A stretch of 32,000 bases of DNA from Xanthomonas campestris pv. campestris str. ATCC 33913. GTDB lineage: Bacteria; Pseudomonadota; Gammaproteobacteria; Xanthomonadales; Xanthomonadaceae. The notes beneath the pieces are model-generated. The model searched no databases. It saw nothing but the letters and a program-made list of their open reading frames with translations, and was not told the origin of the DNA. Where the stretch lies: positions 2,017,436 through 2,049,435 of the forward strand of contig NC_003902.1 in NCBI RefSeq assembly GCF_000007145.1, written 5' to 3'. The stretch's first letter is position 1; each line of letters opens with the position of its first letter. This document shows positions 7,206 to 17,586 of this stretch, in pieces. The translations under genes were made by a program, and so were the position numbers.

Positions 7206-10118
7206 ATGTACACATTTTCCAGCCATGCTTCGGCAGGCACGGGCGCGCGTGCGCGTCGTTTGGTTCGCCTGCGTCACTCCGCCATGGCCATCAGCATCGG
7301 CGTGCTGCTCGCGGCACCGGCCTATGCTCAGCAGGCGCCACTCACCAACGCCGGCGGCAGCGCGGTGGACCTGGACACAGTGGAAGTGCGCGGTGTGCGC
7401 GCCAGCCTGATCAAGTCCCAGGTGATCAAGCGCGATGCCAGCCAGATCGTGGATTCGGTCAGCGCCGAAGATATCGGCGCCTTGCCCGACCGCAGCGTCA
7501 CCGAAACCCTGCAGCGCGTCAGCGGCGTGACCATCGACCGCTTCATGGCACGCAGCGATCCCGACCACTTTTCGGCGGAAGGCAGCGGCGTGATGATTCG
7601 CGGCCTGACCCAGGTGCGCGGTGAACTCAACGGGCGCGACGTGTTCAGCGCCGCCAGCGGCCGCGGGCTGAGCTTTGAAGACGTGCCGGCCGAGTTGATG
7701 GCCGGCGTGGACGTGTACAAGAACCCCTCGGCCGAGATCATCGAAGGCGGGCTGGGCGGCACGGTCAATCTGCGCACGCGCATGCCGTTCGATAATCCGG
7801 GCCGCATCGTTGGCGGCAATGTCGATTACAACTACGGCGACATGAGCAAGAAGTACAAGCCGTCGGCCTCGTTCCTGTTCAGCGACCGCTGGAACACCGG
7901 CATCGGCGAAATGGGCTTCATGATCGACATCGCCCATTCGGAGCTGGCCACGCGCTCGGACGGCATCCAGGTCGAGCCCTATGTGCGCCGCACCGACGAC
8001 GCGGTGCTGGCCGGTAGTGGCCGCAGCGAGGTCTATGTGCCGGGCGGGGTGAACTGGCGCCAGCTGGATTTCGAGCGCACCCGCGACGGCATTGCCGCGG
8101 CCTTCCAGTGGAAGCCCAGCGATGCCACCGAGATCTATGCCCAGTTCCTGCGCTCACGGTATGAGATGAACTGGCAGGAGCGCGCGGCGTTCTTCAACGA
8201 CAGCAACAACAGCATCACCCCGGCACCGGGAACGACCTTCGACTACGACGAGCGCGGCGCCTTCCTGCGCGGCGCGCCGGTGTCCAGCTCGTGGCGTGGC
8301 GCGCTCACCGGCGATGGCGTGCGCTTCAACACCGACAACCGCTATTCCGAACAACGCACCACCACCACCGACCTGTCGGTGGGCTTCAGCCACTTCTTCA
8401 ACGACAACCTGCAGATCAAGGGCGACATGCAGCTGGTGCAGTCGGAGAACGAACAGCTGGATTTCACCGTGTTCAGTGCGACCTATCTGCCGGGGCTGAC
8501 CTACGATGTCTCCGGCAAATATCCCAGCGTGCAGATCGCCAACCCGGCGTTCACCCAGGACCCGTCCAACTACTTCTGGGCGGCGGCGATGGACCACCTG
8601 GGCAAGAACCGCGGGCGCCAGCTGTCCACGCGCGTGGATCTGGAATACACCTTCGATGACAGCAGCTGGCTGCGCTTTGCGCGCTTCGGCATGCGCGCCA
8701 CCGACCGCAACCAGGTCAACAAGAATTCCGGCTACAACTGGGGCGTGATCTCCGACAACTGGGCCGCCATTCCGGGCACCAGCAACGGGCTGGCCAACAT
8801 GTCGGACTTCATGACCGACCAGTCGTCGTTGTTCACCTTTTCCAACTTCTTCCGGGGCGGGGTGAATGTGCCGACCACGCTGGTGGTGCCCAACAGCAGC
8901 CTGGTCAACAACTACGGCTCCGCCTCGCAGATGATCCAGCAGATCGTGGCGTTGCGCGGCTCTGGCTGGGCGCCGGACACCTATCAACCGCAGGACACCA
9001 ATCGCCAGTTCGAGCGCACCCAGGCCGCGTATGCGGCGCTGTATTTCGGCAATGACGAGGCCTGGGGCATTCCGGTGGACGGCAATGTCGGCGTGCGTGT
9101 GGTGCAGACCAAGACCCAGGCCGAAGGTTTTGGCCAGTTCCAGAACCTGGCCGGGCTGAACGTCTCGCCGGAGTTGCAGGCGCGCTACACCGGGCAGTAC
9201 TTCGACAACAATTCGCAAGGCAGCTACACCAACGTGTTGCCCAGCCTGAATCTGCGGCTGCGTTTCAGCGACAGCCTGCAATGGCGTTTTGCCGCCTCCA
9301 AGGCGATGGCGCGCCCGGACTACACCCAGTTGCAGCCGTACGTGTTGCTCAATGTGGAAACCAACGACGCCGGCCAGGCGACCGACTTCGTTGGCACCGC
9401 CGGCAACCCGAACCTCAAGCCGATGGTGGCCAATCAGTTCGACACCGCGCTGGAGTGGTACTTCGACACCAGCGACATGCTCTACACCACGCTGTTCTAC
9501 AAGAAGGTCAAGGACTACTTCTCCACCCAGACCCGCAGCGAGATCTACGACAACCGCCCGTGGCTGGTGACCCGCCCGTACAACATGGACGAAGGCACCA
9601 TCCGCGGCGCGGAGTTCGGCTACACCCAGTTCTTCGACAGCCTGCCGGGCTGGCTGAACGGGTTCGGCGTCAATGCCAACTTCACCTTCGTCGACAGCAA
9701 GGGCGGCGCCAACACTGCCACCGACCCGTACACCAACACCACGGTCACCGGTGTGGAGCTGCCGCTGGAGGGTTTGTCGCGGCGCAGCTATAACCTGGCG
9801 GGCATTTATGAGAAGGGGCCGCTGTCGCTGCGCCTGGCCTACAACTGGCGCTCGCGCTACCTGCTGACCACCAGCGATGCGGCTACCCGGCTGCCGACCT
9901 GGGCCGATGACTACGGCCAGCTCGATGGCTCGTTCTTCTACCGCTTCAACGACCATCTGCAGCTGGGCCTGCAGGCCAACAACCTGACCAACACCGTGAC
10001 CAAGGTGCTGATGGGGCCGACCTCGTACGAGGGCGGCGAAGTGGATCCGCGGCTGTACACGCGCTCCTCGTTCGTCAACGACCGCCGCTACTCGCTGGTG
10101 CTGCGCATGAATTGGTAG
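7206..10118 (+). CDS. TonB-dependent outer-membrane receptor (carbohydrate-type), 970 aa
   Basis: The signal peptide ends ...LLAAPAYAQQ. There is a TonB box (DLDTVEVRG), a plug domain (IVDSVSAEDIGALPDRSVTETLQRVSGV), a long beta-barrel and a C-terminal ...RRYSLVLRMNW. I placed the start at ATG 7206 rather than the track's 7101, based on the RBS and signal peptide. Confidence 0.9.
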   Translation: MYTFSSHASAGTGARARRLVRLRHSAMAISIGVLLAAPAYAQQAPLTNAGGSAVDLDTVEVRGVRASLIKSQVIKRDASQIVDSVSAEDIGALPDRSVTETLQRVSGVTIDRFMARSDPDHFSAEGSGVMIRGLTQVRGELNGRDVFSAASGRGLSFEDVPAELMAGVDVYKNPSAEIIEGGLGGTVNLRTRMPFDNPGRIVGGNVDYNYGDMSKKYKPSASFLFSDRWNTGIGEMGFMIDIAHSELATRSDGIQVEPYVRRTDDAVLAGSGRSEVYVPGGVNWRQLDFERTRDGIAAAFQWKPSDATEIYAQFLRSRYEMNWQERAAFFNDSNNSITPAPGTTFDYDERGAFLRGAPVSSSWRGALTGDGVRFNTDNRYSEQRTTTTDLSVGFSHFFNDNLQIKGDMQLVQSENEQLDFTVFSATYLPGLTYDVSGKYPSVQIANPAFTQDPSNYFWAAAMDHLGKNRGRQLSTRVDLEYTFDDSSWLRFARFGMRATDRNQVNKNSGYNWGVISDNWAAIPGTSNGLANMSDFMTDQSSLFTFSNFFRGGVNVPTTLVVPNSSLVNNYGSASQMIQQIVALRGSGWAPDTYQPQDTNRQFERTQAAYAALYFGNDEAWGIPVDGNVGVRVVQTKTQAEGFGQFQNLAGLNVSPELQARYTGQYFDNNSQGSYTNVLPSLNLRLRFSDSLQWRFAASKAMARPDYTQLQPYVLLNVETNDAGQATDFVGTAGNPNLKPMVANQFDTALEWYFDTSDMLYTTLFYKKVKDYFSTQTRSEIYDNRPWLVTRPYNMDEGTIRGAEFGYTQFFDSLPGWLNGFGVNANFTFVDSKGGANTATDPYTNTTVTGVELPLEGLSRRSYNLAGIYEKGPLSLRLAYNWRSRYLLTTSDAATRLPTWADDYGQLDGSFFYRFNDHLQLGLQANNLTNTVTKVLMGPTSYEGGEVDPRLYTRSSFVNDRRYSLVLRMNW

Positions 10119-10143
10119 TGCGCCGCGTCACGCGGCAAGTGTG

Positions 10144-10169
10144 CGCGGGCTTGCAGGTGCAGGCCCGCG
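10144..10169 (+). terminator. hairpin after receptor 1, a possible terminator or transcript-stabilising stem
   Basis: CGCGGGCTTGC-aggt-GCAGGCCCGCG forms an approximately 11-bp stem with one G-U pair, 26 nt after the stop codon. There is no U-tract. Confidence 0.35.
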
Positions 10170-10236
10170 TGCCCGCTGCCACGGCGTGAAGGCCGCAATG
10201 CCAGAGACAGCGGGTTTCTCCGGCTTGCTATAGCCG

Positions 10237-10295
10237 TTTTGAATACCTTTCCAGGAATATTTCATTGGTGTGGCATGACAGGCCCGCCCTATGCT
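10237..10295 (+). promoter_or_regulatory. candidate promoter region of TonB-dependent receptor 2
   Basis: The order is TTTTGAATAC, then 13 nt, then TTTCATTGG (with TTGGTG), then 19 nt, then TATGCT. This parallels blocks 6972-7031. Confidence 0.3.
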
Positions 10296-10434
10296 CCCGC
10301 CGCAGCCGCTAGGTAAGCCTTGTTGGGATTACCACGCATCCACCAGCCCAAGGCCCTTGCCGCGGCCGGATGTGGCAGCAACGACGACAGGGCAGGGCGT
10401 TCGCGCACCTGCCCGCCAAAAAATAAGCAGTACA

Positions 10435-10450
10435 TGCGTCCTGGGAGGGA
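10435..10450 (+). promoter_or_regulatory. conserved leader/RBS element TGCGTCCTGGGAGGGA, copy 2
   Basis: The 16-mer is identical to copy 1 and again ends 5 nt before the ATG (10456). A hairpin at 10390-10414 (GGGCAGG...CCTGCCC) lies 20 nt upstream. Confidence 0.5.
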
Positions 10451-10455
10451 GCACC

Positions 10456-13191
10456 ATGTCAGTGCAACATCGCCACATTCCGGCAGGCCGGGCTGTGGGT
10501 CAGCGTTCGATCCGTGAATTCCGCCGCTCCGTGATGGCCATCAGTGTGGCCACGCTGCTGAGCGCGCAGGCCTATGCGCAGGATGCGACCACCACTGCCG
10601 CACCGGCATCGGATGCGACCACCCAGCAGCTGGACACCGTGCAGGTCACCGGCACGCGCAGCAGCGTCACCAAGGCGCAGCTGGTCAAGCAGAACGCCGA
10701 GCAGATCGTCGACTCCATCGTCGCCGAAGACATCGGCAAGCTGCCCGACAACAACGTCGCCGAGGCGCTGCAGCGCATCTCCGGCATCCAGATTTCGCGC
10801 AACTACGGCGAAGGCAGCTCGATCGCCATCCGCGGCCTGACCCAGGTGCGCACCGAGCTCAATGGCCGTGACATCTTCACCGCCAATGACGGCCGTGGCC
10901 TGAGCTTCGAAGACGTGTCGGCCGAACTGCTCGGCGGCGTCAACGTGTACAAGAACCCGTCGGCCGACATGATCGAAGGTGGCCTGGGCGGCACCGTCGA
11001 CCTGCGTACGCGCCTGCCGTTCGACTACGAAGGCCGCAAGATCGCCGGCAGCGTCCAGTACAACTATTACGACCTGGCCGACGACGGCAAGCCGGCGTTC
11101 TCGGGCCTGTTCAGCGATCGCTGGCAGACCGGCATCGGCGAGATCGGCATCCTGGTGAACTACTCGCAGCAAAAGAGCCCGTTCCGCCAGGACACCATCT
11201 CGATCGAGCCGTGGTACACCCAGACCGACCTGCCAGGCTACGAAGGCCAGGGCGTGTCGGTGCCGCACGGTGCCGGTATCAACACCACCATCGGTGAGCG
11301 CGAGCGCAAGACCGGCGCGTTTGCGATGCAGTGGCGCCCGAACGATTCGGTCGAGGTCTACACGCAGGTGCTGCGTTCGGACTACGACTTCAGCTGGCAG
11401 GATTACTCGTTCTTCGCACTGACGCAGCGAAATCCCATACAAGGGTTGCCCGGTATCCAGGTCAACGACCGCAACGAGTTCGTCAACGGCTCGTTCCAGA
11501 ACGTGCCGACCGAATCCAACACCAGCCTGACCGAGCGTCATTCGGTGACCACTGATTACTCGCTGGGCGCCAAGTGGACGGTCAACGAGAAGCTGACCCT
11601 GAGCACCGACTTCCAGTATGTCGATGCCACCACCACTGGCACGCGCTACATCGTGGCGACCGGGCAGGACACCAGCCCGCAGTTCAACGTCGATTTTCGT
11701 GGCGATCTGCCGCGCCTGTCGGTGACCGATGCTAGCGGCGCGGAAGGCTACCTGGCCGACGTCAACAACTATGACGGCTGGCGCTACCACCTGGACAACA
11801 AGGACGACAACAAGGGCACTGAGTTCGCCTGGCGCGCCGACATGGACCTGGCGTTCGACAGCGACTTCGTGCGCAGCTTCAAGGCCGGTGTGCGCTACAC
11901 CGATCGCGATGCCGAGACCAAGGGCAATATCTATCGCTTTATGTGTTTGAACACCGCATGCGGTGCTGCGACCGACTCGCCATTCGCGGCGTTTCCCAGC
12001 ATTGGTATCGTGACCAATCCAATTACCGATTTTTTCCGTGGTGAAAGCAGCACCTTTGGACGTACGTTGACCGCAGCCAATTCGGCAGTGTCCAACTATG
12101 AGCAGACTCTTGCCACCTTCGGCGCCAGTCCGCTTGTATTCGCACCCAACAATATTAACGCTCAGACCGAGAAGACCTACGCGGCCTACGGTGTGTTGCG
12201 CTTCGGTGTGGACAGCGATTCGATTCCGTTCGACGGCAACATCGGCGTGCGCGTGGTGCGCACCGAAGTCGGCTCCAACGGCGTGCGGACCGGTACCGAT
12301 GCCGAGGGCGGTGGCCTGATTCCGGTGGCTGCGCAGCAGACCTACACCGACGTGCTGCCGAGCTTGAACCTGCGCTGGATGTTGAGCGATCAGCTGCAGT
12401 GGCGTTTTGCGGCCTCGCGCGGTATTTCGCGTCCAACCTTCGACCGTCTCAACCCGAACCTGAGCCTGAGCACCGGCACCTAGAACGGCGCTTCGACCTT
12501 CACCGGCACCGCGGGTAACCCGAGCCTGGAAGCGGTCAAGGCTGACCAGTTCGACACCGCGCTGGAGTGGTATTTCGGCCAGGGCTCGATGATGTACGGC
12601 ACCCTGTTCTACAAGAAGGTTGAAGGCTTCATCGCCAACGCCGTCTTCAACGAGGTGTACGACGGCCAGGTGTGGCAGATCACCCGTCCGGTCAACGGCG
12701 ATGCCGGCAAGATCCGCGGGGCGGAACTGGGTTACACGCAGTTCTTCGACTTCCTGCCGGGCTGGCTGAGCGGCTTCGGCCTGCAGACCAACTACACCTA
12801 CGTCGACAGCGAGGCGCCGAGCCCGACGGCCACCGACACCAACGGCCAGTCGCTGACGGTGCCGCTGGAAGGCCTGTCCAAGAACAGCTACAACGCGATC
12901 CTCAGCTACGAAACGGCGCGCTTCCAGGGCCGTGTGGCCTACAACTGGCGCAGCGACTGGCTGGTGACCACCGCGGGCAACGGCACCGGCAACCTGCCGG
13001 TCTACAACAAGGGCTTCGGCCAGTTGGATGCCTCGCTGCGTTTCAACATCAATGATGTGTGGTCGATTTCGCTGGACGGCGTGAATCTGCTCGATACCCG
13101 TCGCGAAAGCTACCTGGGAACCGAGTCGCGCTACCGCGACTTTGTGATCAACGATCGTCGGTATGGCCTGACATTGCGGGCCAGCCTGTAG
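10456..13191 (+). pseudogene. TonB-dependent receptor paralogue interrupted by a single in-frame TAG at 12481-12483
   Basis: Track ORFs 10291-12483 and 12589-13191 are in the same frame. The codons between them read NGASTFTGTAGNPSLEAVKADQFDTALEWYFGQGS, which aligns with receptor 1 (FVGTAGNPNLKPMVANQFDTALEWYF). The N-terminus has a signal peptide (AQAYAQD), a TonB box (QLDTVQVTG) and a plug. The C-terminus ends ...LTLRASL rather than with an aromatic residue. Confidence 0.8.
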
Positions 13192-13262
13192 AACGCGCCG
13201 TAGGAAGTGCGTCGCCGGTCCGGCGAGCTGTGCAGGCAGCTCGTTGGACTGGTGTTTTTCCT

Positions 13263-13283
13263 ATCGACGGCGTTGCCGTCGAT
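13263..13283 (+). other. perfect 9-bp stem-loop just upstream of the GH74 RBS
   Basis: ATCGACGGC-gtt-GCCGTCGAT is preceded by GTGTTTTTCC and followed 8 nt later by GGAGCCGGAGGA and the ATG at 13303. Its function is unknown. Confidence 0.3.
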
Positions 13284-13302
13284 CGCGAGGGGAGCCGGAG
13301 GA

Positions 13303-15558
13303 ATGATCGCAATGATCGATCCGCCTACTAAGCGCCGCACCACCACAACAGGAGCATGGCTGGCTGTCTTGAGCCTGCTGCTGTTGCTCTTTTCGACGCC
13401 CAACGTGCGTGCGGCCGAGCCCGCCACGTCCGGGCCCTACCAGTGGCGCAGTGTTGCCATTGGCGGTGGCGGATTTGTCACCGGTGTGCTGTTTCATCCC
13501 GCCGAACGTGGTCTGGCCTATGCGCGCACCGATGTGGGTGGCGCGTACCGCTGGGATGCGCAGGCGCAGCAGTGGACCGCGCTGACCGACTGGTTGGGCG
13601 CCGACGACTGGAACCTGATGGGCATCGACGCATTCGCCGTCGACCCCGCCGATGCCGATGCGCTGTATCTGGCGGCCGGCACCTATATGCACGAACGCGC
13701 CGGCAATGCCGCAGTGCTGCGCTCGTTCAACCGCGGCCGCACGTTCGAGCGCGCCGACCTGCCGTTCAAACTGGGTGGTAACCAGCTGGGCCGCGCCAAT
13801 GGCGAGCGGCTGGCGGTGGACCCACACGATGGCCGCGTGCTGCTGCTGGGCTCGCGCGATGCCGGCCTGTGGCGTAGCGACGATCGCGGCGCGCACTGGG
13901 CGAAAGTGGCGTCGTTTCCCGACGCCGCGCTGGCCGGTGCCACCGCACGCAATCATGTTGGGCGCGAGCAGGCGGTGGGGATCGCCTTTGTCGTGTTCGA
14001 CGCAGCCAGTGGCAACACCGGCACGCCAACACCGCGCATCTACGTGGGCGTGTCCACCGAACAGACCAGCCTGTATGTGTCCGAAGATGCCGGCCGCAGT
14101 TGGGCACCGGTGGCCGGGCAGCCGCGCGGCCTGCGCCCGAGCCACATGGCCGGCGGCAGCGATGGGCACTGGTACCTGAGCTACGGCGACCAGCCCGGGC
14201 CGGACCTGATGGCCGGGGGAGCCTTGTGGAAATTCACGCCGGCACAGGGGCGCTGGCGCGAGATTAGCCCGATTCCGCAGCCAGCCAGTGGCGATGGATT
14301 CGGCTGGGGCGCGGTGGCGGTGGATCCGCAACAACCGCAGGTGCTGTTGGCCAGCACCTTCCGCCGGCGCACGCCGCGCGACGAGCTGTATCGCAGCGTG
14401 GATGGTGGCAAGCACTGGGCGCCGTTGTTGGCCGATGCGGTGTTCGACCACAGCGCCGCGCCGTGGACCGCACATGCCACGCCGCACTGGATGGGGGCGC
14501 TGGCGATCGATCCGTTCGACGGCAACCACGCGCTGTTCGTGACCGGCTACGGCATCTGGGCCTCGCGCAATCTGCAGGATTTCGCCGCACCGCAGCGCCC
14601 GCTGCAGTGGTGGTTCCAGGACCGTGGGCTGGAAGAAACCGTGCCGCTGGACCTGCTCAGCCCGATGGCCGGCGCGCATCTGCTCAGCGCACTCGGCGAT
14701 ATCGATGGCTTCCGGCATGACGAGTTGGACCGCGCGCAGTTGCAGTACGCCGGCCCACGGCTGACCAATGGCGAAAGCATCGATGCCGCCGGCCAGGCGC
14801 CGCAGTGGGTGGTGCGCAGCGGTACCGTGCGCGACCGCCGCAACAACGAAATCCGCGCGCTGTATTCGCGTGATGGCGGCAAGCAATGGACGGCGTTTGC
14901 GAGTGAGCCGCCAGCCGGGCAGGGCGCCGGCAGCATTGCCATTGGTGCCGATGCGGCGCAGGTGGTGTGGGCACCGGAGCGCGGCGGCAATTGGCGCACG
15001 TCCGACTTCGGCGCGCAGTGGCAGCGTGTGGACGGCCTGCCGGACACCGCGGTGGTGATGGCCGATCGCGTGGACGCACGGCGCTGGTATGCGGTGGATG
15101 TCGCCAGCGGGCAGCTGTACGAGAGCACCGATGCCGCGCGCAGTTTCCGTGCGACCGGTGTGCAGGTGGGCAGCCCGGCGCGCGACGAGCGCACCCGCCC
15201 GCAACTGCGTCCGGACCCGTGGCGCGCAGGCGTGGTGTATCTGGCCAGCCCCGGCAAGGGTGTGATGCGCTGGCAGGACGGTACGCTGCAGGTGCTCTCA
15301 CAGCCGGACGAAGCGCGCTCGCTCGGCATCGGCAAGGCGCTGCGGGCCGGTGCGCCGCCGGCGCTGTATCTGGCCGGGCGCGTGCAGGGCGTGGATGGCG
15401 TGTTCCGCTCCGACGATGGCGGCGTGCAGTGGCAACGCATCAACGATGACGCGCACCGCTTCGGGCGCCCGTACAGCGTGACCGGTGATCCGCGCATTGC
15501 CGGGCGTGTGTACTTCGCCACCGGCGGCCGCGGCATTTTCTACGGCGATCCGAGATGA
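13303..15558 (+). CDS. GH74 xyloglucanase, 751 aa, secreted
   Basis: A signal peptide (…LLLLFSTPNVRAAEP) is followed by YQWRSVAIGGGGFVTGVLFHPAERGLAYARTDVGGAYRWD, the hallmark GH74 N-terminal motif. There are repeated Asp-boxes (SDDRGAHW, SEDAGRSW, SVDGGKHW, SRDGGKQW, SDDGGVQW), consistent with a tandem 7-bladed propeller. Confidence 0.9.
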   Translation: MIAMIDPPTKRRTTTTGAWLAVLSLLLLLFSTPNVRAAEPATSGPYQWRSVAIGGGGFVTGVLFHPAERGLAYARTDVGGAYRWDAQAQQWTALTDWLGADDWNLMGIDAFAVDPADADALYLAAGTYMHERAGNAAVLRSFNRGRTFERADLPFKLGGNQLGRANGERLAVDPHDGRVLLLGSRDAGLWRSDDRGAHWAKVASFPDAALAGATARNHVGREQAVGIAFVVFDAASGNTGTPTPRIYVGVSTEQTSLYVSEDAGRSWAPVAGQPRGLRPSHMAGGSDGHWYLSYGDQPGPDLMAGGALWKFTPAQGRWREISPIPQPASGDGFGWGAVAVDPQQPQVLLASTFRRRTPRDELYRSVDGGKHWAPLLADAVFDHSAAPWTAHATPHWMGALAIDPFDGNHALFVTGYGIWASRNLQDFAAPQRPLQWWFQDRGLEETVPLDLLSPMAGAHLLSALGDIDGFRHDELDRAQLQYAGPRLTNGESIDAAGQAPQWVVRSGTVRDRRNNEIRALYSRDGGKQWTAFASEPPAGQGAGSIAIGADAAQVVWAPERGGNWRTSDFGAQWQRVDGLPDTAVVMADRVDARRWYAVDVASGQLYESTDAARSFRATGVQVGSPARDERTRPQLRPDPWRAGVVYLASPGKGVMRWQDGTLQVLSQPDEARSLGIGKALRAGAPPALYLAGRVQGVDGVFRSDDGGVQWQRINDDAHRFGRPYSVTGDPRIAGRVYFATGGRGIFYGDPR

Positions 15559-15661
15559 GCAGTGCATGCCTGTCCGCGACGCCCTGCTGCTTTACCGTGT
15601 ACGGCGCCGCCGGCCTGGCCGCTGCGGGCGCCGTGACACCGCCGACCCTGGAGATCACCGC

Positions 15662-17575
15662 ATGACCCCGTCCCACATTTCCCGCGCCTGCTTGCTGGGT
15701 GTGTTGCTGTCCAGCGGCAGCGCCGCCGCGCAACCGAGCCTGCCGTTGCTGTTTGCCGATGGCGCGGTGCTGCAGCGCGATGAGGCGATGCCGGTATGGG
15801 GCTGGGCCACGCCCGGCGCTTCAATCACGGTGAGTTTCGATGGCAAGCAGGCCACCGCCAAGACCGACGCGCAGGGGCAGTGGAAGGTTCTCCTGCCCGC
15901 ACACACCGCCGGTGGCCCGTACGTGCTGAGCGTGCATGGCGACGGCGGCGCGCTGCAGGTGCGCGATGTGCTGGTCGGCGATGTCTGGCTGGCCAGTGGG
16001 CAATCGAACATGGAGTGGCCACTGGCCCAGGCCAGCGATGGCCCGCAGGCGGTGGCGGCGGCCAACGATGCGCAGCTGCGCCACTTCAAGGTGCCCAAGT
16101 CGTGGTCGGTGCAGCCGGAGACCAAGCTCACCGGTGGCGACTGGAAAGCGGCCATGCCGGAGAACGCCGGTGCGTTTTCGGCGGTGGGCTATTTTTTTGC
16201 GAAAGAGTTGCGCGCCAGTACCGGCGTACCGATCGGCATTGTCGACAGCACCTGGGGCGGCAGCGCGATCGAGGCGTGGATGGACGCGGCCTCGCTGGGC
16301 CTGAAAGCCGAGCAAAACCAGGGCGCGATCGAGGCGATCAAGCAGCGCGATGCGGCCGCGCAGGCCGCCACCGGCAAGCGCATCGGGCGCTGGCCCAAGG
16401 TGGACGGCGACACCCCGCAGTGGCGCACGCCCGAATTCGATGACCGCGACTGGGACAGCATCCCGGTGACCCAGCAATGGGAACTCAGCGGCTATGAGGG
16501 CATGGACGGCATTGCCTGGTACCGCACCACCTTTACCCTGACCGCCGCCGAAGCCAAGGCCGGCGTGCAGCTGGGGGTTGGCCAGATCGACGATTCGGAT
16601 ATCACCTACGTCAATGGCCAGCAGGTGGGCCAGACCGAGAAACAGTGGAACCTGCCGCGCGTGTATGCAGTGCCGGCGGCGGCGCTGCGGGCCGGCGTCA
16701 ACCAGATCGCGGTGCGCGTGGAAGACCTCAGTGGCGGTGGCGGCATGCACGGCCCGGACGAACAGCGCTTCGTGCAGATCGGCAGCACCCAGCGCGCCCT
16801 GGCGGGCTGGAAATTCCGCCCGGCGCAGGTGCGCGTGTCGCTCACCGACAACAAGAACCAGCTCCCCACGCTGCTCTACAACCAGATGATCCACCCGCTG
16901 CAGCCATTCCCGGTCAAGGGCGTGATCTGGTACCAGGGCGAAACCAACGCCACTGACACCGGCGCAGTGAAATACCGCGACCAGTTCGCTGCGATGATCC
17001 AGCAGTGGCGCGCCGAGCGCGGTGCCAAGCGGTTGCCGTTCCTGTGGGTGCAGCTGGCCAACTTCAAGGCCGGCGGCGACACCGGCGATCTGAGTCCGTG
17101 GGCGCTGCTGCGCGAATCGCAGTCCAAGACGCTGGCGCTGCCGGCGACCGGGCAGGCGGTGATCATCGACATCGGCAACCCCACCGACATCCACCCCACC
17201 AACAAGCGTGATGTAGGCCATCGCCTGGCGCTCGCTGCGCGGCATGTGGCCTACGGCGAAACGCTGGTATACAGCGCGCCGGTCTTCGCCCGCGCCAGCT
17301 ATGCCGATGGCCAGGCCAGCGTGCAGTTCGATCTGCAGGGCAGTGCCTTGCAGGTGCGCGGCGGCGGTACGTTGCAGGGCTTTGCGGTGGCCGGTGCGGA
17401 CAAGCGGTTCCACCCGGCGCAGGCGCGCATCGCTGGCGATCGGGTGATCGTGCGCAGCGATGCGGTGGCCGCGCCGGTGGCAGTGCGCTACGGCTGGAGC
17501 GAAAACCCCGCCGACGCCAACCTGGTCAACCGCGAGCAATTGCCCGTTTCCCCCTTCCGAACCGATACCTGGTGA
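15662..17575 (+). CDS. SASA/sialate-O-acetylesterase-type carbohydrate acetylesterase, probably a xyloglucan acetylesterase, 637 aa
   Basis: A signal peptide (…SSGSAAAQP) is followed by [11 protein letters not shown]...PVWGWA and the catalytic GQSNM motif ([13 protein letters not shown]). A galactose-binding-like beta-sandwich is inserted (WYRTTFTL...[17 protein letters not shown]), and WYQGETN occurs later. ATG 15662 follows GGAG. Confidence 0.8.
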   Translation: MTPSHISRACLLGVLLSSGSAAAQPSLPLLFADGAVLQRDEAMPVWGWATPGASITVSFDGKQATAKTDAQGQWKVLLPAHTAGGPYVLSVHGDGGALQVRDVLVGDVWLASGQSNMEWPLAQASDGPQAVAAANDAQLRHFKVPKSWSVQPETKLTGGDWKAAMPENAGAFSAVGYFFAKELRASTGVPIGIVDSTWGGSAIEAWMDAASLGLKAEQNQGAIEAIKQRDAAAQAATGKRIGRWPKVDGDTPQWRTPEFDDRDWDSIPVTQQWELSGYEGMDGIAWYRTTFTLTAAEAKAGVQLGVGQIDDSDITYVNGQQVGQTEKQWNLPRVYAVPAAALRAGVNQIAVRVEDLSGGGGMHGPDEQRFVQIGSTQRALAGWKFRPAQVRVSLTDNKNQLPTLLYNQMIHPLQPFPVKGVIWYQGETNATDTGAVKYRDQFAAMIQQWRAERGAKRLPFLWVQLANFKAGGDTGDLSPWALLRESQSKTLALPATGQAVIIDIGNPTDIHPTNKRDVGHRLALAARHVAYGETLVYSAPVFARASYADGQASVQFDLQGSALQVRGGGTLQGFAVAGADKRFHPAQARIAGDRVIVRSDAVAAPVAVRYGWSENPADANLVNREQLPVSPFRTDTW

Positions 17576-17586
17576 CACGGAGTCCT

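Noticed and set aside
12481-12588. Treating 12484-12588 as a true intergenic gap between two separate genes, or the TAG as programmed read-through or pyrrolysine.
   Set aside because: The gap is in frame and encodes conserved TonB-receptor barrel sequence. The downstream ORF has no RBS or signal peptide of its own. Nothing in the window suggests a Pyl system or a recoding signal, so a nonsense mutation or a sequencing error is the simpler explanation.
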